A stretch of 64,000 nucleotides of DNA, taken from Phoronis australis. Lineage: Eukaryota > Animalia > Phoronida. The translations under genes and the position numbers were made by a program. Positions 34,263 through 47,077 of this stretch are shown one piece after another. The stretch spans positions 165,336 through 229,335 of the forward strand of contig NMRA01000275.1 in assembly GCA_002633005.1 (NCBI GenBank). The letters run 5' to 3'. How positions within the stretch are numbered: position 1 is the first letter of the stretch; each line of letters begins with the position of its first letter. The notes under the pieces are model-generated. The model made no database searches. It was given only the letters and a program-made list of their open reading frames with translations, and was not told the origin of the DNA.

Positions 34263-37200
34263 ATATTAACTGATATGATTCGAATTTCCTCGTTTAATTG
34301 ATATTTTAGACATTTATTACAATGTACAAAGTGTAGTTAATTGTTATTTTTACAAATGTGTATTATATAGGAATAATTTAGCGAAAAACTTAACTTTTTC
34401 ATGAATCGAATGTAATGGAAAATAGACCCGAATGAATGCAAACGGTTGGAGCCCTAATAGTCGGGTTGGAACAGAGGGTACTCATGCACTTAAGAGTACG
34501 TTTTTAACCTTCATTTTCATGGCAGTATTTAACAACTTTGATGATCGCAAGACGAAATTTTTGTTGGTTTATTCGTCGACACATTTATCATGGAATTCTC
34601 TTAAACTATTGTGTCTGGAATATATGTTGTCGTTAGAACAGTACAACACACCAAGAACTTTAAGTAATATTTTCGTTAAGTCCATAATATGCCAAAAATA
34701 GCGAAAATAAGTTCGCGAAAACCTAAAATTGGTCAATCCTTTTGCAGAGGAAAGAAGACAGAATGATCAATTTATAAAACGAATTTCTGAGACATTCAGG
34801 GCTGTTGGATTTCATGTTTGTATATAAATACCAGTCCATGAGATGTTACTAATTTGCATAAAATAAAGATGACTGACATTGTAGTGTTGTACCCCGTTCA
34901 TAGCAGGTGATAATCACAAAAATAAGTAGTAGGTTTTGAACTCCTCCTCCGTTGTTCTTTGAGATCGTACAAGGCAAATACAATGACACGCAATGACACG
35001 TTAACTTGTAGATTTGTCCCTTCTTTCGAAGCCCAGAAATCACTTCCAATTTGACTAACGGACAATTTGATACCAAATTTATAACGTTAAGTGGTCGAAA
35101 TTGAAAGTTTCTTTTGTGATGGAAGACGAATTTACAGCTTCTTTTAAAAAACGTCTCTACGCTGAAAAAATGTTTCTCTCAGTAATAAGAGAACTTCCAG
35201 ATATATCAATTTGCAACAAGTTTCTAACATGGTTTCCAATGTTGCAGTGAAACGGAGCATCTGGGATAAAATTTCGTTTCAGTAAGAAATGAAATTAAGT
35301 ACTTACCACGTAGATTTCAAATAACCACTGGCGGATCCTTGATGTCGTATGGAGAGGCCCGACTTAACTTTTCGAAAATGTCCGCGTAAGCCCTAAAAAC
35401 GCTATACACACGTTTTTGTCTTTGTTCTCTCCTTAAATACGCCTATGGTAACGTATCTTATTGACTTAATCAAAATCTTCGTGTACCTCTTAATGGGATG
35501 CTACATTGCCATGTTGGCGATCTTATATAAACTCATGACCTGATTTAACAATCATGATTCAAACGTGATGTCTTGCTATCCTTAACACCTCAAATATGCC
35601 GCTGTATGAATCGAATTAATTGACTTATCTGCAAACAGTTTCATACTTTCGAGCACTAAATGTAGCAGGTATTTCAGACACAGTGCTTTAAAACAAATTT
35701 CAAAAGTTTGCTTCTTTTGAGTTGGCGTAACGGTTCACGCGGGAAAAGTGTACGAGGACGCACGTTCCGACAATACTAGATGTGCCATCAGACCATCTGC
35801 CGTCAAACGGTAGACTTAAATGAAAAGATTGTGATAATCAATGACGGATTTGTTTACCCTCATAAGTACCAGTGGCGGATCTAGGATAGCACAAGGGGGC
35901 CCAACTTTTTGTCCGGCTGTAAGCATTTGCGCAAACTGAACCACTATTGCAGATGCGCATAGCACCGAATGGGGGGAGGTCGGGAGGGGGGCAAACCCCC
36001 CAGGAATTTTTTATGTTTTTACCTCTAAAAATCAAGCATTTTCCTTGATTCCTCAGTGAAGTATTATCCCAGAAAAAAAAGGCAAAAAAACATGGAGAAT
36101 GTGTCAAACAGGAAAAACTGCAAGTAACAAAGACTCAAACTCAAGACCTGGCGGATAGGGCGCGCGTGCGTTACCACTACACCACCACGATTTAACTACT
36201 AATCTTATACTAAGAGACCTACTTGTTGTAGTTTATGGTCCACAGCGTTTGGGCGCGAAACCTACTTCTTTTTGTAATGCTTATTACACGTTTTACATTT
36301 TGTGCCATCAATTCTTAACAAATTTGTCGTATTTAAAATAGTCTTCAAATGCCCAAAAGACCAAATCGGTTTTTCGTGTTGGCAATAATGATGGGATTGC
36401 TTTGGAAATCGTCTTACGATAAGGTTTGACAAAGAGAGTATTGCGAGTTTCTGAGTGATTCACTAAGGCTTCGATTAAAATTCACATCTTACCAGCAGCT
36501 TCTGTTTTTTCATCGTCACTCAGGTTCCATTTTCTTTAAAAAATGAAGTAAATTTTCTTCATTGCACAGTGGAGCACGGAGTCGTAGTGCGCAGCGCCAC
36601 TGCCGGTCGCCTGGGATGTCGCGGGAGAGCCTATACTTAGCCNGTATTTTTTGCGGCAGCCAAGGGGGAGGCAGGCCCCCTGCCCCCCCCCCCCTTAAAT
36701 CCGCCTATGCAGTACTTGGTCATAACTGCATCCAACAACTTTATATCAGTGAACTTCTGCACTTATACGATATTATCCTTTGAACATCTTTTCATTCTCA
36801 GCATAATTTTCATTCATGGAAAGAAACATGTACACAATAAAGTCGCAGACTCGGAATTTTCCGTGCTTTATTAACGTACAAGTACATGAAACTGGATTCA
36901 AAAGCACATCCCACCAACTCTCCGCTGTCATCGTCACCACAGTAAGCTAGTATCAAACTAGAACAATAGCAGAGACTAGACGCCTCAAGTCTATTCTGGC
37001 TTATATTGGTGAGTCAAATAACGTCCAGTAACTTAGCAACAGAGACTAGTCATCCCGAAAAGACCACAGATTGGACCCCCTTCATAATAATTCTCATTTA
37101 ATTTTAATAGAATGTCGATATCCGCTGGGTAACAGCAACGCATTTACAGTTTACATCCTTGGAATCAATGAGATAAATCAAGTTCATTGTAACTGTCAAT

Positions 37201-37429
37201 AAATCCTCGTAAACATGCGCGTCATAAACACAGAAATAATTTACGGGAGCAAAACAATTTTCGTCAAGAAGAAATAACCACGAACTATCTAGAAAATTAG
37301 TAAACATGAAAACTGACTAAGCTAAGACAAATCTTAAACTTAAGGTTATCTAGGACCTTCAGCCGATTTTACTAAAAGCTTTTTAAGTGAAAACTTTACG
37401 TTATGCCTCAAAAACGCCTGGAACGGGCT

Positions 37430-38510
37430 CCTGGGGCTGCATTTGTAGTGGTTGGGATTCATGTCTTCCCATACGCTATGTGAGAAAATGTATTCATGTT
37501 GTACAGTTTTGGTGCGTCACTGCTCGTATTTTTCATTGTACAATTAATTAGCATTGTTGTAAACTAGGTTCTTGGCTTGGAATTGGGAAAGCATTTTTTC
37601 CAAAAAGAAACCATTCTTCGTTACCGCTGTAAACAAGACATGAAAATTTTTAATCTATTTGGTGAAAGAATTAGTTGATTGTTGCTCAATAGGTGACGAC
37701 GGATCAAACAACTTGGCCCTAAATGCGTACTTTAACTGCACGAAAAGCAAGTTCATAACTACTGGTTTTATGCCGAGGATAAATCCGGAAGGGTGTGGCG
37801 TTCCAGCGACTTGTTGTATCGTTAAATCACGCTCCGTGTGGAGAGAACGTGCAGAAGAGGATGCATACGAAGGGTTCAATTTTGTGGAGCAATTATCATT
37901 TATAAAAACAAGCAAAGTGCTAGCGAACATAAAATTTAAAAACACATTTTAAGTAAAAAATGTCAAAGTCAGGATACCTATGACTTTCCGTTTACACGTC
38001 TCCCGTTTCCGAATAAATGCCCGGATGTTTATTTGGTGTTACTAAAACGTCTGAAATTCTTTATTTTCCGAATACACTTCCATGAGCTTATCTGCGGAAA
38101 ATCCCGGTACCAATAACAGAGTCCTGGCGGCAAATCTTGTACTCGGACACTCCTCAGACGGGGTTAAAACGTTTGCATCAAAAAAGTCACTTCCGGAAGC
38201 GTGGATCCCTTCAGGGTCGCCAGGAGACAAAAAGTATTGACTTCACACACTCGGGTCTTACAAATATGTCCCCTCTTCTTGTCCCCTCTGCAGTGCTGTA
38301 TAGTGGGCGTAGGCGCACGTAGGCTCAGCCAACCACCTTTTGGGATTTGAACGTAGCGCCTACACACCGTAAGTTACGTTAAGTGGTCAATGTGATACGG
38401 TGGACTTAGGGCGCCTACTTACCTCTAATTTTGCCACTACAGCACTGCCCCTCTGCGTCTTTAACTTCGAAAGTGATGCCACTGACTCAAACGTCTATAA
38501 CAACCAAGCA
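37430..38510 (+). pseudogene. Decayed intronless paralog of the tetraspanin at 42251
   Basis: GAAFVVVG...AM*ENVFMLYSFGASLLVFFIVQ...N* (TGA 37481, TAG 37565), then frameshift, DCCSIGDDG...NAYFNCTK...RINPEGCGVPATCCIV, another frameshift, CGENVQK. Weaker tail similarity (MSLSA, LVLG, LKR, KVMPLTQ). 3' boundary approximate. Confidence 0.85.
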
Positions 38511-39604
38511 ACAGGGGCTGCATGTTTTCAGTAGCTTTTGCCTAACGAGTACGAGAAGGCTCGTAGCCCTAGGACCAAGTGAGCTTTGTCGATTGGAAAC
38601 CAACAACCTGGAATACTCGACATAGAAATGCACGTACTGGCCGTTCATGAAAAGAGTCGACAATAAAATACACAAAAGTACGCTGCTCGAGTACGAGCAA
38701 TTCCAAGCGCGTAGTACGAAACAATCTACCAGCAAGTGGCAGCGTTGCCTGTAAGCAAACGACCACCACTGATATCATAGAATTCTAGCCCTGGAAATTT
38801 CCTGGAATGCAAACTCCAATCTCGCGACTGCTGAGGTATCGCTGCGAGCTGTTTGCATTCGTTTGTTCCGGTGTGTGTACTTGCTATGGAATTTGTCACT
38901 AAAAGTTTTTGCTACTCCGGTGTTTTTACCAAATTGCATCAGAGCCATGTCATAAGAAACCTTTTGTCAGTTCTTGATCATTATATCAGAAGCAAAAGAT
39001 AAATAATTTAATTCATTAGTAAGTGTCATTTCGCATACCTGAATGGTTTAAAAATGTTTTTAATTCTAAAAGCAGGATGTTACAAAAGGATTTCTTCCCT
39101 ATAGATACTAAGGTTTAGAATATGGATACATCACACTTGTTGAGGATAATATAGTCAGGCATTCCTCCAGAATTATACTTTTATATATATTGTAATTAAG
39201 TGAAGCTTTGGTGCCCTTGTCCAGTAAAAATTCAGAATGCGGTGACATTTAAGAAAAAATGCGATAAACTACTCCAAACATTCATCCAAGATTTGGAGAT
39301 AAAGGTTTTCTGACTGAAAGGTGGGCAAACAACCATCACGTAGCTTTGAAATGCACTGTGTATAGTTCATCACATTGGTTGCAGTGTTGGACTTTCCGAA
39401 AAAGTTTACAAACAAATTCTGTTCTTCAGAAAGAAAAAATAGTGATTCTGAAATATAAAGTGTATGTTACCTTAAACAAGAGACATTGGAACCGCCACAT
39501 TCTTACCACTGTTATGTTACTAGAGAAAGTGGACTCTGGAAAATAACAATTTTCATAAAGATACAATGTTATTTAGAACACGTGTTGCATAATTGTTACA
39601 ATCA

Positions 39605-40010
39605 ACATGGAGAAATAAAAACCCTCCTACGAAGTCACTTTAGAAATGCCTGGAGGGCACGCCTACATCTGGGGACTGAAGAAGACTATATCCACCAGCT
39701 TGACCGGCAGGAACAAGTCACTATCTTCAGGCTAAGAACCGGCCACTGCCAGCTGTTCTCCCACATACATCGCCTGAAAATCTCTCACACAGAAGAGTGC
39801 CCCTGTGGCACTGGCCCCCAGACACCTGAGCATTTACTGCAGAGCTGCCCTTCGTTCGATTCCCTAAAGCGCCAGACATGGCCCAATCCGGTGAAACTCA
39901 AGGTAAAACTGTGGGGCCCGACGGCATCATTTGCGGCGAACTGCAGACTTCGCCCAAAAGACCAGACTGACTATCTAAGCTACATGGCCGGGAACGCTGC
40001 AGAAGAAGTT
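39605..40010 (+). mobile_element. LINE 3' end with C-terminal zinc knuckle (I/Nimb/Ingi-type)
   Basis: EQVTIFRLRTGHC...ECPCGTGPQTPEHLLQSCP. Confidence 0.8.
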
Positions 40011-42250
40011 ACGGTCAACATTCAAGAACGTAAAACTGAACAACCGGGTTGAAAAGCGAGACTTAGAACAAAGACCTACCGACAAAAATGCCCGACAGTG
40101 TTTTTTTCATTGGTGTTTTTTAGAGTAAAATGGGAAATGGCGGGTGACGCAAAAACCCATGAAACCTTCATTTTTTCTTTTTAGTTGAGCGGGAAAATAT
40201 GGCTATGTTGCGTGGGAAATTACAACAGAATATGATAATATGTCAGTTTGGCCGTTTGTCGAAAAGCGAGACATTTAGGTGTGTGGAGGTAAAGCGGAAA
40301 AAAATTTTAAAAAACGGAACAGTCCGCCAAGAGCGGGACACACTGTACGCTGAGAGCAACACAAAGTACTGGATTGCGTTCTTTTACATGGTAAGAGTTG
40401 ACATACTTCTCAAAAATCAAATTAACAAAAAGGCATATGGGCAACAGGTAAACATTGCACAAATGAATTCTAATAGAGCAATGGAAACAGAAATAACACA
40501 TACGCACACGCACACATACACACACACACGCACGCAAGCACACACTCACACACACACACACACACTTACCTAAGCAATTATGAGTATTTTTTTTCAAAAG
40601 TTACCTAAACACGCCTGTTTTAGGGCCTAAATTTTTCATTCAAGCCAAATGTAACTTCTTTCCGTAAAATACTGTAACATGATTTTAATACCGAAAAATG
40701 TCTTGTCGAAAAACTCCTGGCATGTAGTATGATAGATTGTGGAAAGTGATTCTACGACTGCAGCTGAAAAGACACCAGAAACCAAATTAATTCGGCATCC
40801 GCCAAGGGCCGAAAGTCAATTAACAGCAACCATAGATTGTAACAAAAAGTTCACAAACTAGTTACATGTAGGATAATGTCATAAAAGCTGCACCTCCCAC
40901 GAGCACACAACTGGCCACGGCTACAAAAGGACAGGATCAACAGCACGCTTTGGTGTTGTCTTCGAGAAGTGGGAAATAACGAAAGATCCTCATCCGGGAT
41001 CAATCAGGGCACCAACGATGCTCATGGAAACGACAAGACCATTGTCATCGCTGTCGTCACCCTCATCCTCATCATCATTAAACAGTGACGACAAAATCGA
41101 TACAGAAACAAAGGCATGTACATGAACAATGGTTCTATTGACAAGAAAGCAAACACTGATCAGGCAATAAGAAACGGTCGTTGGAAAATCTCAAATAAAT
41201 CAAGAACGGTCAATGGTTTCGAAAATTGACAGCTTTTCCATGCACCCTGCCCTTGGACATACGTACGGTACGGGAATCAGACCGACAGTATAAGGAATCG
41301 TTTTGTTGTTATGTTTGACGCCTTGTGATCTTGCATTTATCACAATGAAACACGAACTTGTGCTAAATGCATCGATTCAGTCTGTTCTTGTAGTGGCAGC
41401 AACCGCAAGACACAATGGCAGTTTTCAATTAGTGCACGGGTCCGGCTAGTAAAACTCGCGCACGATTATAAAAGGGAACTTAGACCACTTAGTGATAGAG
41501 TTGGCCTCAACTTACCTTTTACTCAGATAAGAAATATTTTTTGAGTTTGCTAAGAACTGGTAGTTCGTTATTCCTTGAGACCACTTATGTGCTCGACGAC
41601 ATAATTAGTCGGCACCGAAGTTTGAATTTTGTAATTAATTACAAGCAGCACTGCCAAAAGTACTCACGATACCAACAGTTCTACTATTGGAAGACTTTTA
41701 ACAGCGTTTCAATGTCGATTTTATTATGTTTTTCGTTGTACTGGACAGTAAAGTATATGTGAGAATTTCCAGTCAAAATATACTAATCGGAAACTGCACC
41801 AGATAATTTAGGATAGTGACGCCTCCCCTTGGTTAACACGGAACAAAATGTCGGAGTTGCGAATCTGTTGTCTATAATCTATGATTTGACATAGTCTGAG
41901 TAAAATTGATCAACATTGGTTAAAGCTGATAAATATTCCAGCACATCGCAAGCCAAAATCGGTATATGACATGCTGGTCAAATTAGACGAGACCGGTCAG
42001 ACAAACTGGGCTCCATCTGTCAGGAATTTGTTGCTAAGACGTGGATTTCGAATGGTCACGATACATAATTCTGCAAAAAAGACTCGCGTGAACGGGCTTC
42101 ATGTGTACTACACGCGCCCTTGTCTTACAAAATTAAGATGATTTTCTTGATAAGGTAGCTAAAGCAGGGTTGGTTTACCGACAGGCTGTTTCTGAACTAC
42201 CTAAAGATCGTGCTTCAAGTGTTACAAAGTTCACAACGTGAACTAGAACT

Positions 42251-44101
42251 ATGCGGGTTAACATTAAAACATCAAAAAATTTCATCAGCAAAAAGTTGAA
42301 ATATGTCATGTTCATATTGACTTTCGTTTTCTGGATTCTAGGAACAGCCGCCATAGTTGCTGGAGTTTACGTACTCTTGGTGAACAAAGCGATTGAAGAA
42401 AGAAGCGCAAACCGATCAGACGGTGGCCTGTCTTTAATAGGCAATCTTATGATGAAGCTTGGTGTGGCATTTGTACTAGCAGGCAGCATTATATTCGTTC
42501 TTGCCTTTGATGGATGTGTTGGAGCACTGCGAGAAAATTCATGCCTATTAAACTTTTTTGCTGGATCCCTTATTGTAATATTTTTTCTGCAATGTGGTGG
42601 TCTGATAGTCGTATTTGTTCTCAGCGGGCCATTGGGCAATACGTTGATAACTAAATTTAAAGAAGAAGCAATTCCCCTCTACCGGGACAGAGCAGATTTG
42701 CAAAACGCTATTGATCTAATGCAGGAATCCATTGGCTGCTGTGGCGTTGACGCCAATGGACCACTCGACTGGTCTTTAAACATGTACTTTAATTGTACAG
42801 AAACTGCATACGTTATTGTTGGTTCAGCTAAGAGAATTAATCCAGAGCGGTGTGCTGTTCCAGCATCTTGCTGCATTGTGAGGCCCGGTGAAATTCGAAA
42901 TTTAAAATGTGGCGCAAACGTGCAGAGAATGACTGATGAAAAGAGAGCTGAGACAATTCACGATATTGGCTGCTTGAGCAAAATGCAGATACTAATACAT
43001 GATAATCAGCTCTTGTTGACTGGGATTGCACTTGTGGTGGCAATACCACAAATAATAATAATAAGTATGGCATTGATCTTGGCTAAGCAGATCAAACGAC
43101 AAAAAGTGTGTTTAGAAAAATCGAAGCAACTAGAAGGTACCTCAGTGCCAAAAAGGTTTGAAGTCAGTAACGTTCCAACGCTTGGATCAGCTGAACGCAA
43201 ACCGCGCCGGAACTTTGCAGTGGTAAGATCAAACAATCATGGCGCCGCACCAGCTGATGCAAGTAAATTACGACGTCAGCTAAAGGTCACACAGTCACCA
43301 GCAGTTGCAGACAGACAGTCTGAGAGAATAGACACCATACCATTCACGTCCTTTCACGCAAAATCTACAGAAAATGTAAGGCCTCCTGCTACGTCAAAAC
43401 ACATTGTGGCAAAAAATGTGCCGGACACAGGGCAAAATACAGTCCTAAGTTTGAGCGCTGCTTCTAAATCAATGTGCAAAGAACCACTGGTCTTAGGCAC
43501 GATGCCCAAGAAGTCATCCGCCGCTCTTAAACGTTTTTCAGACAAAGTCATTTTTACAAGTGAATCAAAGTCTCTCTCTAAAAGTAAACACGCTCTATCT
43601 TCATCTGCTCCTGCCAAACGTTCATCTGCACCTGTAGGAGAGACTCCAGTTAGCACCTTGATGAAAACACGTTTTGAACAAAACGAAAGAAAAGACAACC
43701 AATCCTTTAATACAGGTCAAGCCAATTTGTGCAACCAAGATAACACACTTACATCCGCACAAACAGCCAACTTGGGAAACGAACTTGACAGGTCTAACGA
43801 TGAGAGTGACCGAAGTACGTTAAGAACAACAACTGCCAGTCCTGTGTCGCCAGTAACCACTGTGGTTAGCTGGCAGCCTTCGACTGGGTCCACATCTGTA
43901 ACTGGAATCTCTGAAACATCGACAAGAATTTCAACCCCAGAATCAGCTCAGGTCATGTTTACTCAGAAATCTGGCAAAGAAAACGAGGTAACGGCGCGAG
44001 AAACACAGGGTACCACTCATAATACAAAAAACGACATCACTCTCTCGCCAGTTAACACTGAAGTTAATTTGCCATCCTTGTCTGGATCCAGTGTGGTCTA
44101 A
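42251..44101 (+). CDS. Intronless tetraspanin, TspanC8-like (Tspan5/14/33 group), with ~340-aa Ser/Thr-rich C-terminal tail
   Basis: 616-aa ORF with four hydrophobic helices, GCVGALREN after TM2, and a large loop with 8 Cys (CCG, YFNC, ERC, PASCC, NLKCG, IGC); DWxxNxYFNC is typical of TspanC8. Confidence 0.92.
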   Translation: MRVNIKTSKNFISKKLKYVMFILTFVFWILGTAAIVAGVYVLLVNKAIEERSANRSDGGLSLIGNLMMKLGVAFVLAGSIIFVLAFDGCVGALRENSCLLNFFAGSLIVIFFLQCGGLIVVFVLSGPLGNTLITKFKEEAIPLYRDRADLQNAIDLMQESIGCCGVDANGPLDWSLNMYFNCTETAYVIVGSAKRINPERCAVPASCCIVRPGEIRNLKCGANVQRMTDEKRAETIHDIGCLSKMQILIHDNQLLLTGIALVVAIPQIIIISMALILAKQIKRQKVCLEKSKQLEGTSVPKRFEVSNVPTLGSAERKPRRNFAVVRSNNHGAAPADASKLRRQLKVTQSPAVADRQSERIDTIPFTSFHAKSTENVRPPATSKHIVAKNVPDTGQNTVLSLSAASKSMCKEPLVLGTMPKKSSAALKRFSDKVIFTSESKSLSKSKHALSSSAPAKRSSAPVGETPVSTLMKTRFEQNERKDNQSFNTGQANLCNQDNTLTSAQTANLGNELDRSNDESDRSTLRTTTASPVSPVTTVVSWQPSTGSTSVTGISETSTRISTPESAQVMFTQKSGKENEVTARETQGTTHNTKNDITLSPVNTEVNLPSLSGSSVV

Positions 44102-44820
44102 GCAGGGCGAAATAACCACATCTCTTTTAGTCTCGCTGGAAACTTACATCGATCATAGTTTTAATGGGTAACTCATATTAATTTGCTGTAAATATTAAAA
44201 ACTAGAAATTATTCACTGAGTTATTTTCTACTCGCCGATTTCGAAATAGTATCATATCCCATATGATCCAGTGCACCAGGAAGTAAAAAGAGTGTCGTCA
44301 GAATCCATCAGTTTGAAAAAGCTGAACAGCAATGTTTACTCTTCAACATCTATGGAACAATCACATTTCAAGTTATAGTATTGGATCTCTGTGTCTAGGT
44401 AACTTAATTGATCCCTTTGTGTATAGCTACCATCTGCATTTACCTCGAGCATTCAGGTAAACCGGCACCACTTTAATCTCTCCACTGAGTCAGCCATTCA
44501 AAGTAGCATTTCGCTGTTTTGCTGGCTGATTACAAAAATCGAATTAGGCATCTTACTCTCATGAAATTGCTTATATTCCTTATCGTGACAGGACTCTATT
44601 TCGGTCATCAACTCAAGTCATAGGCAATGAGCCATTTTCGAATTCACAATTTTAGGGTTAGTCATGAAACCCCGGCCAATGAACTCCGCTGAAGCACTTT
44701 CTGTTGGTGATGGATATACAACCCTGTCATGTTACGGAGAGGGCACCTAACCAGAGCGAAATGCGGACTTAATGTGTTTAAAGGCGCCGTTTCGAGCCGT
44801 GACTACATTGTCACCATCAT

Positions 44821-45328
44821 TAGGGTTATGCAGGACCCTCAAAAATGGCCAAATTTGGCAAACTTCAGAACATCATATCCCAGAAATGGCTGATCGGATT
44901 CTTATGAAATTTTCAGGGACCAAGCTTTTAAAATATACTCTTCCCCGAAACACACTTAGAAATTGTTTTTTGAAAATTTCCACTTCTGCATGAGGAGCTA
45001 TCAAAAATAGAGCTTTTATGAGTCTGACGAAAAAGTTGCATAAATCGAAAACGCAATGATAATTAAGAAAACTGTAACAGCCTTTTTGAGACATCATCTT
45101 TAACATTGAACCTGAAAATTTGGTCATGTCATTGATACCGTTGTTTTGCTATGGATATACTGTTCTTTTTAGCCATTTTTTTAAAGATATGGTCGCGTGA
45201 CCAATTGATAGTAAATTTTTACAGGCCTTCTACTTTCAGAAAATTTACAATTTTACTTATTTAAAATCTTCAGTTTTTTAGGGAGGCTAAATGCATCAAC
45301 AAGTCGATAAGGTCCTACAATAACCTTA
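44821..45328. mobile_element. MITE with imperfect terminal inverted repeats
   Basis: tagggttatgcaggaccc ... aggtcctacaataacctta. Confidence 0.55.
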
Positions 45329-45979
45329 AACCTTCCTTTATATCACTCATTTCGAAGCCGTGAATTCATTATTCCAAAAAGGTTGGCGAGGTTGGTATCA
45401 GCAATATTGCAGGAAGCCAAAGGCTTTTATTAGATTAGCTTGTTCTTACATGCTTTGAGGTAATGATCGTCTACTTGCTTTGCGGTCAGGGATTATGGTT
45501 TCTAAAAGGTCCGACTGGTCAGGTAGGAAATAGCGACAGACAGAATGAATGGAAACTGATATTCCATAGCTTGCTCTTTTGCTATACCAGAGTTTTGTAC
45601 CTCAAAAATGTGATAATGACCGAGACAGACCGGATTGCATCCGCTGCGTAATTCAAGGAAAAGTTATTCTTGGGCTTTCCCCTCGTATGTTTATCAATCG
45701 TACGGTAAATCAGGTACCAGTTTTCACTTGAAACGTCGTGGATACGAGAGATTTTCGGGCAATGTTATATGTTATAATGGAGAAAGGAGCAATCGATTAC
45801 ATTTTGGGACGGACATCATATTTTGCAGTCACACAACAGTCGTTTTAAGGGGGTAATTTTTTTTTCTTGTTTCTATTTTGGTCTTTGTCTATTATAAATT
45901 TGAAAACAGTGTGGATCAAGGAGTGTTTCTTTCCATGCAGCCGTTACAAAAGCACAGTTGGCAAAAAGAGTCCAGCCGC

Positions 45980-46614
45980 TGTGGTGTCTATTGTAATCCC
46001 AACCCGGGTAAGAAGTATTTATAGCAGCAGCTTGGGAAATGCAGTATAGCTAGTAATGAGACAATTCTAGAGATCCAGATTCTAAAGTGATCACAAATAT
46101 ACCTCAAGTTGTTCTTGGAGGCCCTTGTGTTGTTTGTAGAAAGAACCTTCCGAACGGACATTCATACGACATTCGTACCGACACCTGTTTGCGTACGGAG
46201 GGCGTTTGAAAGGTTGTCGTAGATTTCGGAATGCGTGGCTTTGGTGTTTTCATAAGGAGTTATAAAGCTGGAATGCCAGGAAATATTCTGAACATCACCA
46301 GGAGTTCCAAGTGCACAACATTAATCAGAGGACCAAAAAGGGAAGAGGAAGGTACATCAAGTCAGGCCACGAAGGAGAGAGATAGGTAAAAGGTTGGAAA
46401 AGAGAACCGTTCCCGCTAACGCGTATAACACCATGAAGTATTGGGATCTGAGGAGGATAGGCCACCGGAAGCCAAATATAAGTAAATATTAGTACTATAC
46501 AACATCATTCCAACGGTTTGTAGTTGTTCACCGAAAACGATTGTGTGAGGGAAGTACTCGAACGCTAAGTACAGTAAGAGGCTTCACGACAACCTGGTGC
46601 GGGATGCGACCACA
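45980..46614 (+). mobile_element. Solo LTR (635 bp)
   Basis: TGTGGT...ACCACA inverted termini; 5-bp TSD GCCGC/GCTGC (one CpG-type mismatch); internal TATAAA at ~46262. Confidence 0.65.
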
Positions 46615-46978
46615 GCTGCATGGTGAGCAATCATGATCCATCTACCAGTGAAGTCTTTGCACCAACACTTTACATCATTCAAGTCAATTTTGCCTATGAC
46701 CCTTCGTGTTATACGTTTCGATCAACTGGAAAAAGAAGCAAGATTATTTTGAAAACTGAAAAATGGGTGTTAAATTCATCAACATAGGCCATCACCCTGT
46801 AACATTCGCTAATTGTGTACGTTTTCTGTATATCTTTGTCATTCAAGTGTCCATGGTTTCGATTTCAGGAGAGTTTAGAAATCAACAAAATAACAATATT
46901 GGAGAAACATGTATCATAGAGGATGATTTTGAATAGGGTCAACCTGTTTTCCTGCAGAATGCGTCGACCTTTTGAGGC

Positions 46979-47077
46979 CAGAGGCCCGTTTCATGAAAGT
47001 GTCTCATACTCTCAGAGACTTTTAAATGTTTGTTAGACTTAAAAGTCTCAAGCCACCTTTCATGAAACAAGACCCTG
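46979..47077. mobile_element. Small fold-back MITE
   Basis: cagaggcccgtttcatgaaag...gagacttttaa/ttaaaagtctc...ctttcatgaaacaagaccctg; related termini at ~62771-63023. Confidence 0.55.

Noticed and set aside
39486-40052. 188-aa ORF as a host gene
   Set aside because: The core is a LINE C-terminal RLRTGH/CCHC segment with a second decayed copy at ~28980-29215
40950-41100. Acidic stretch DDEDEGDDSDD on the minus strand as an exon or transposase N-terminus
   Set aside because: Low complexity, soon followed by a stop, with no supporting domain
42367-43698. Several minus-strand ORFs
   Set aside because: Antisense shadows of the tetraspanin CDS
44680-44772. HDV-like ribozyme (gggcacc...gcgaaatgcggac resembles the HDV 3' end)
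   Set aside because: Could not build P2 and P3 in the required nested order; needs a covariance-model search before any claim
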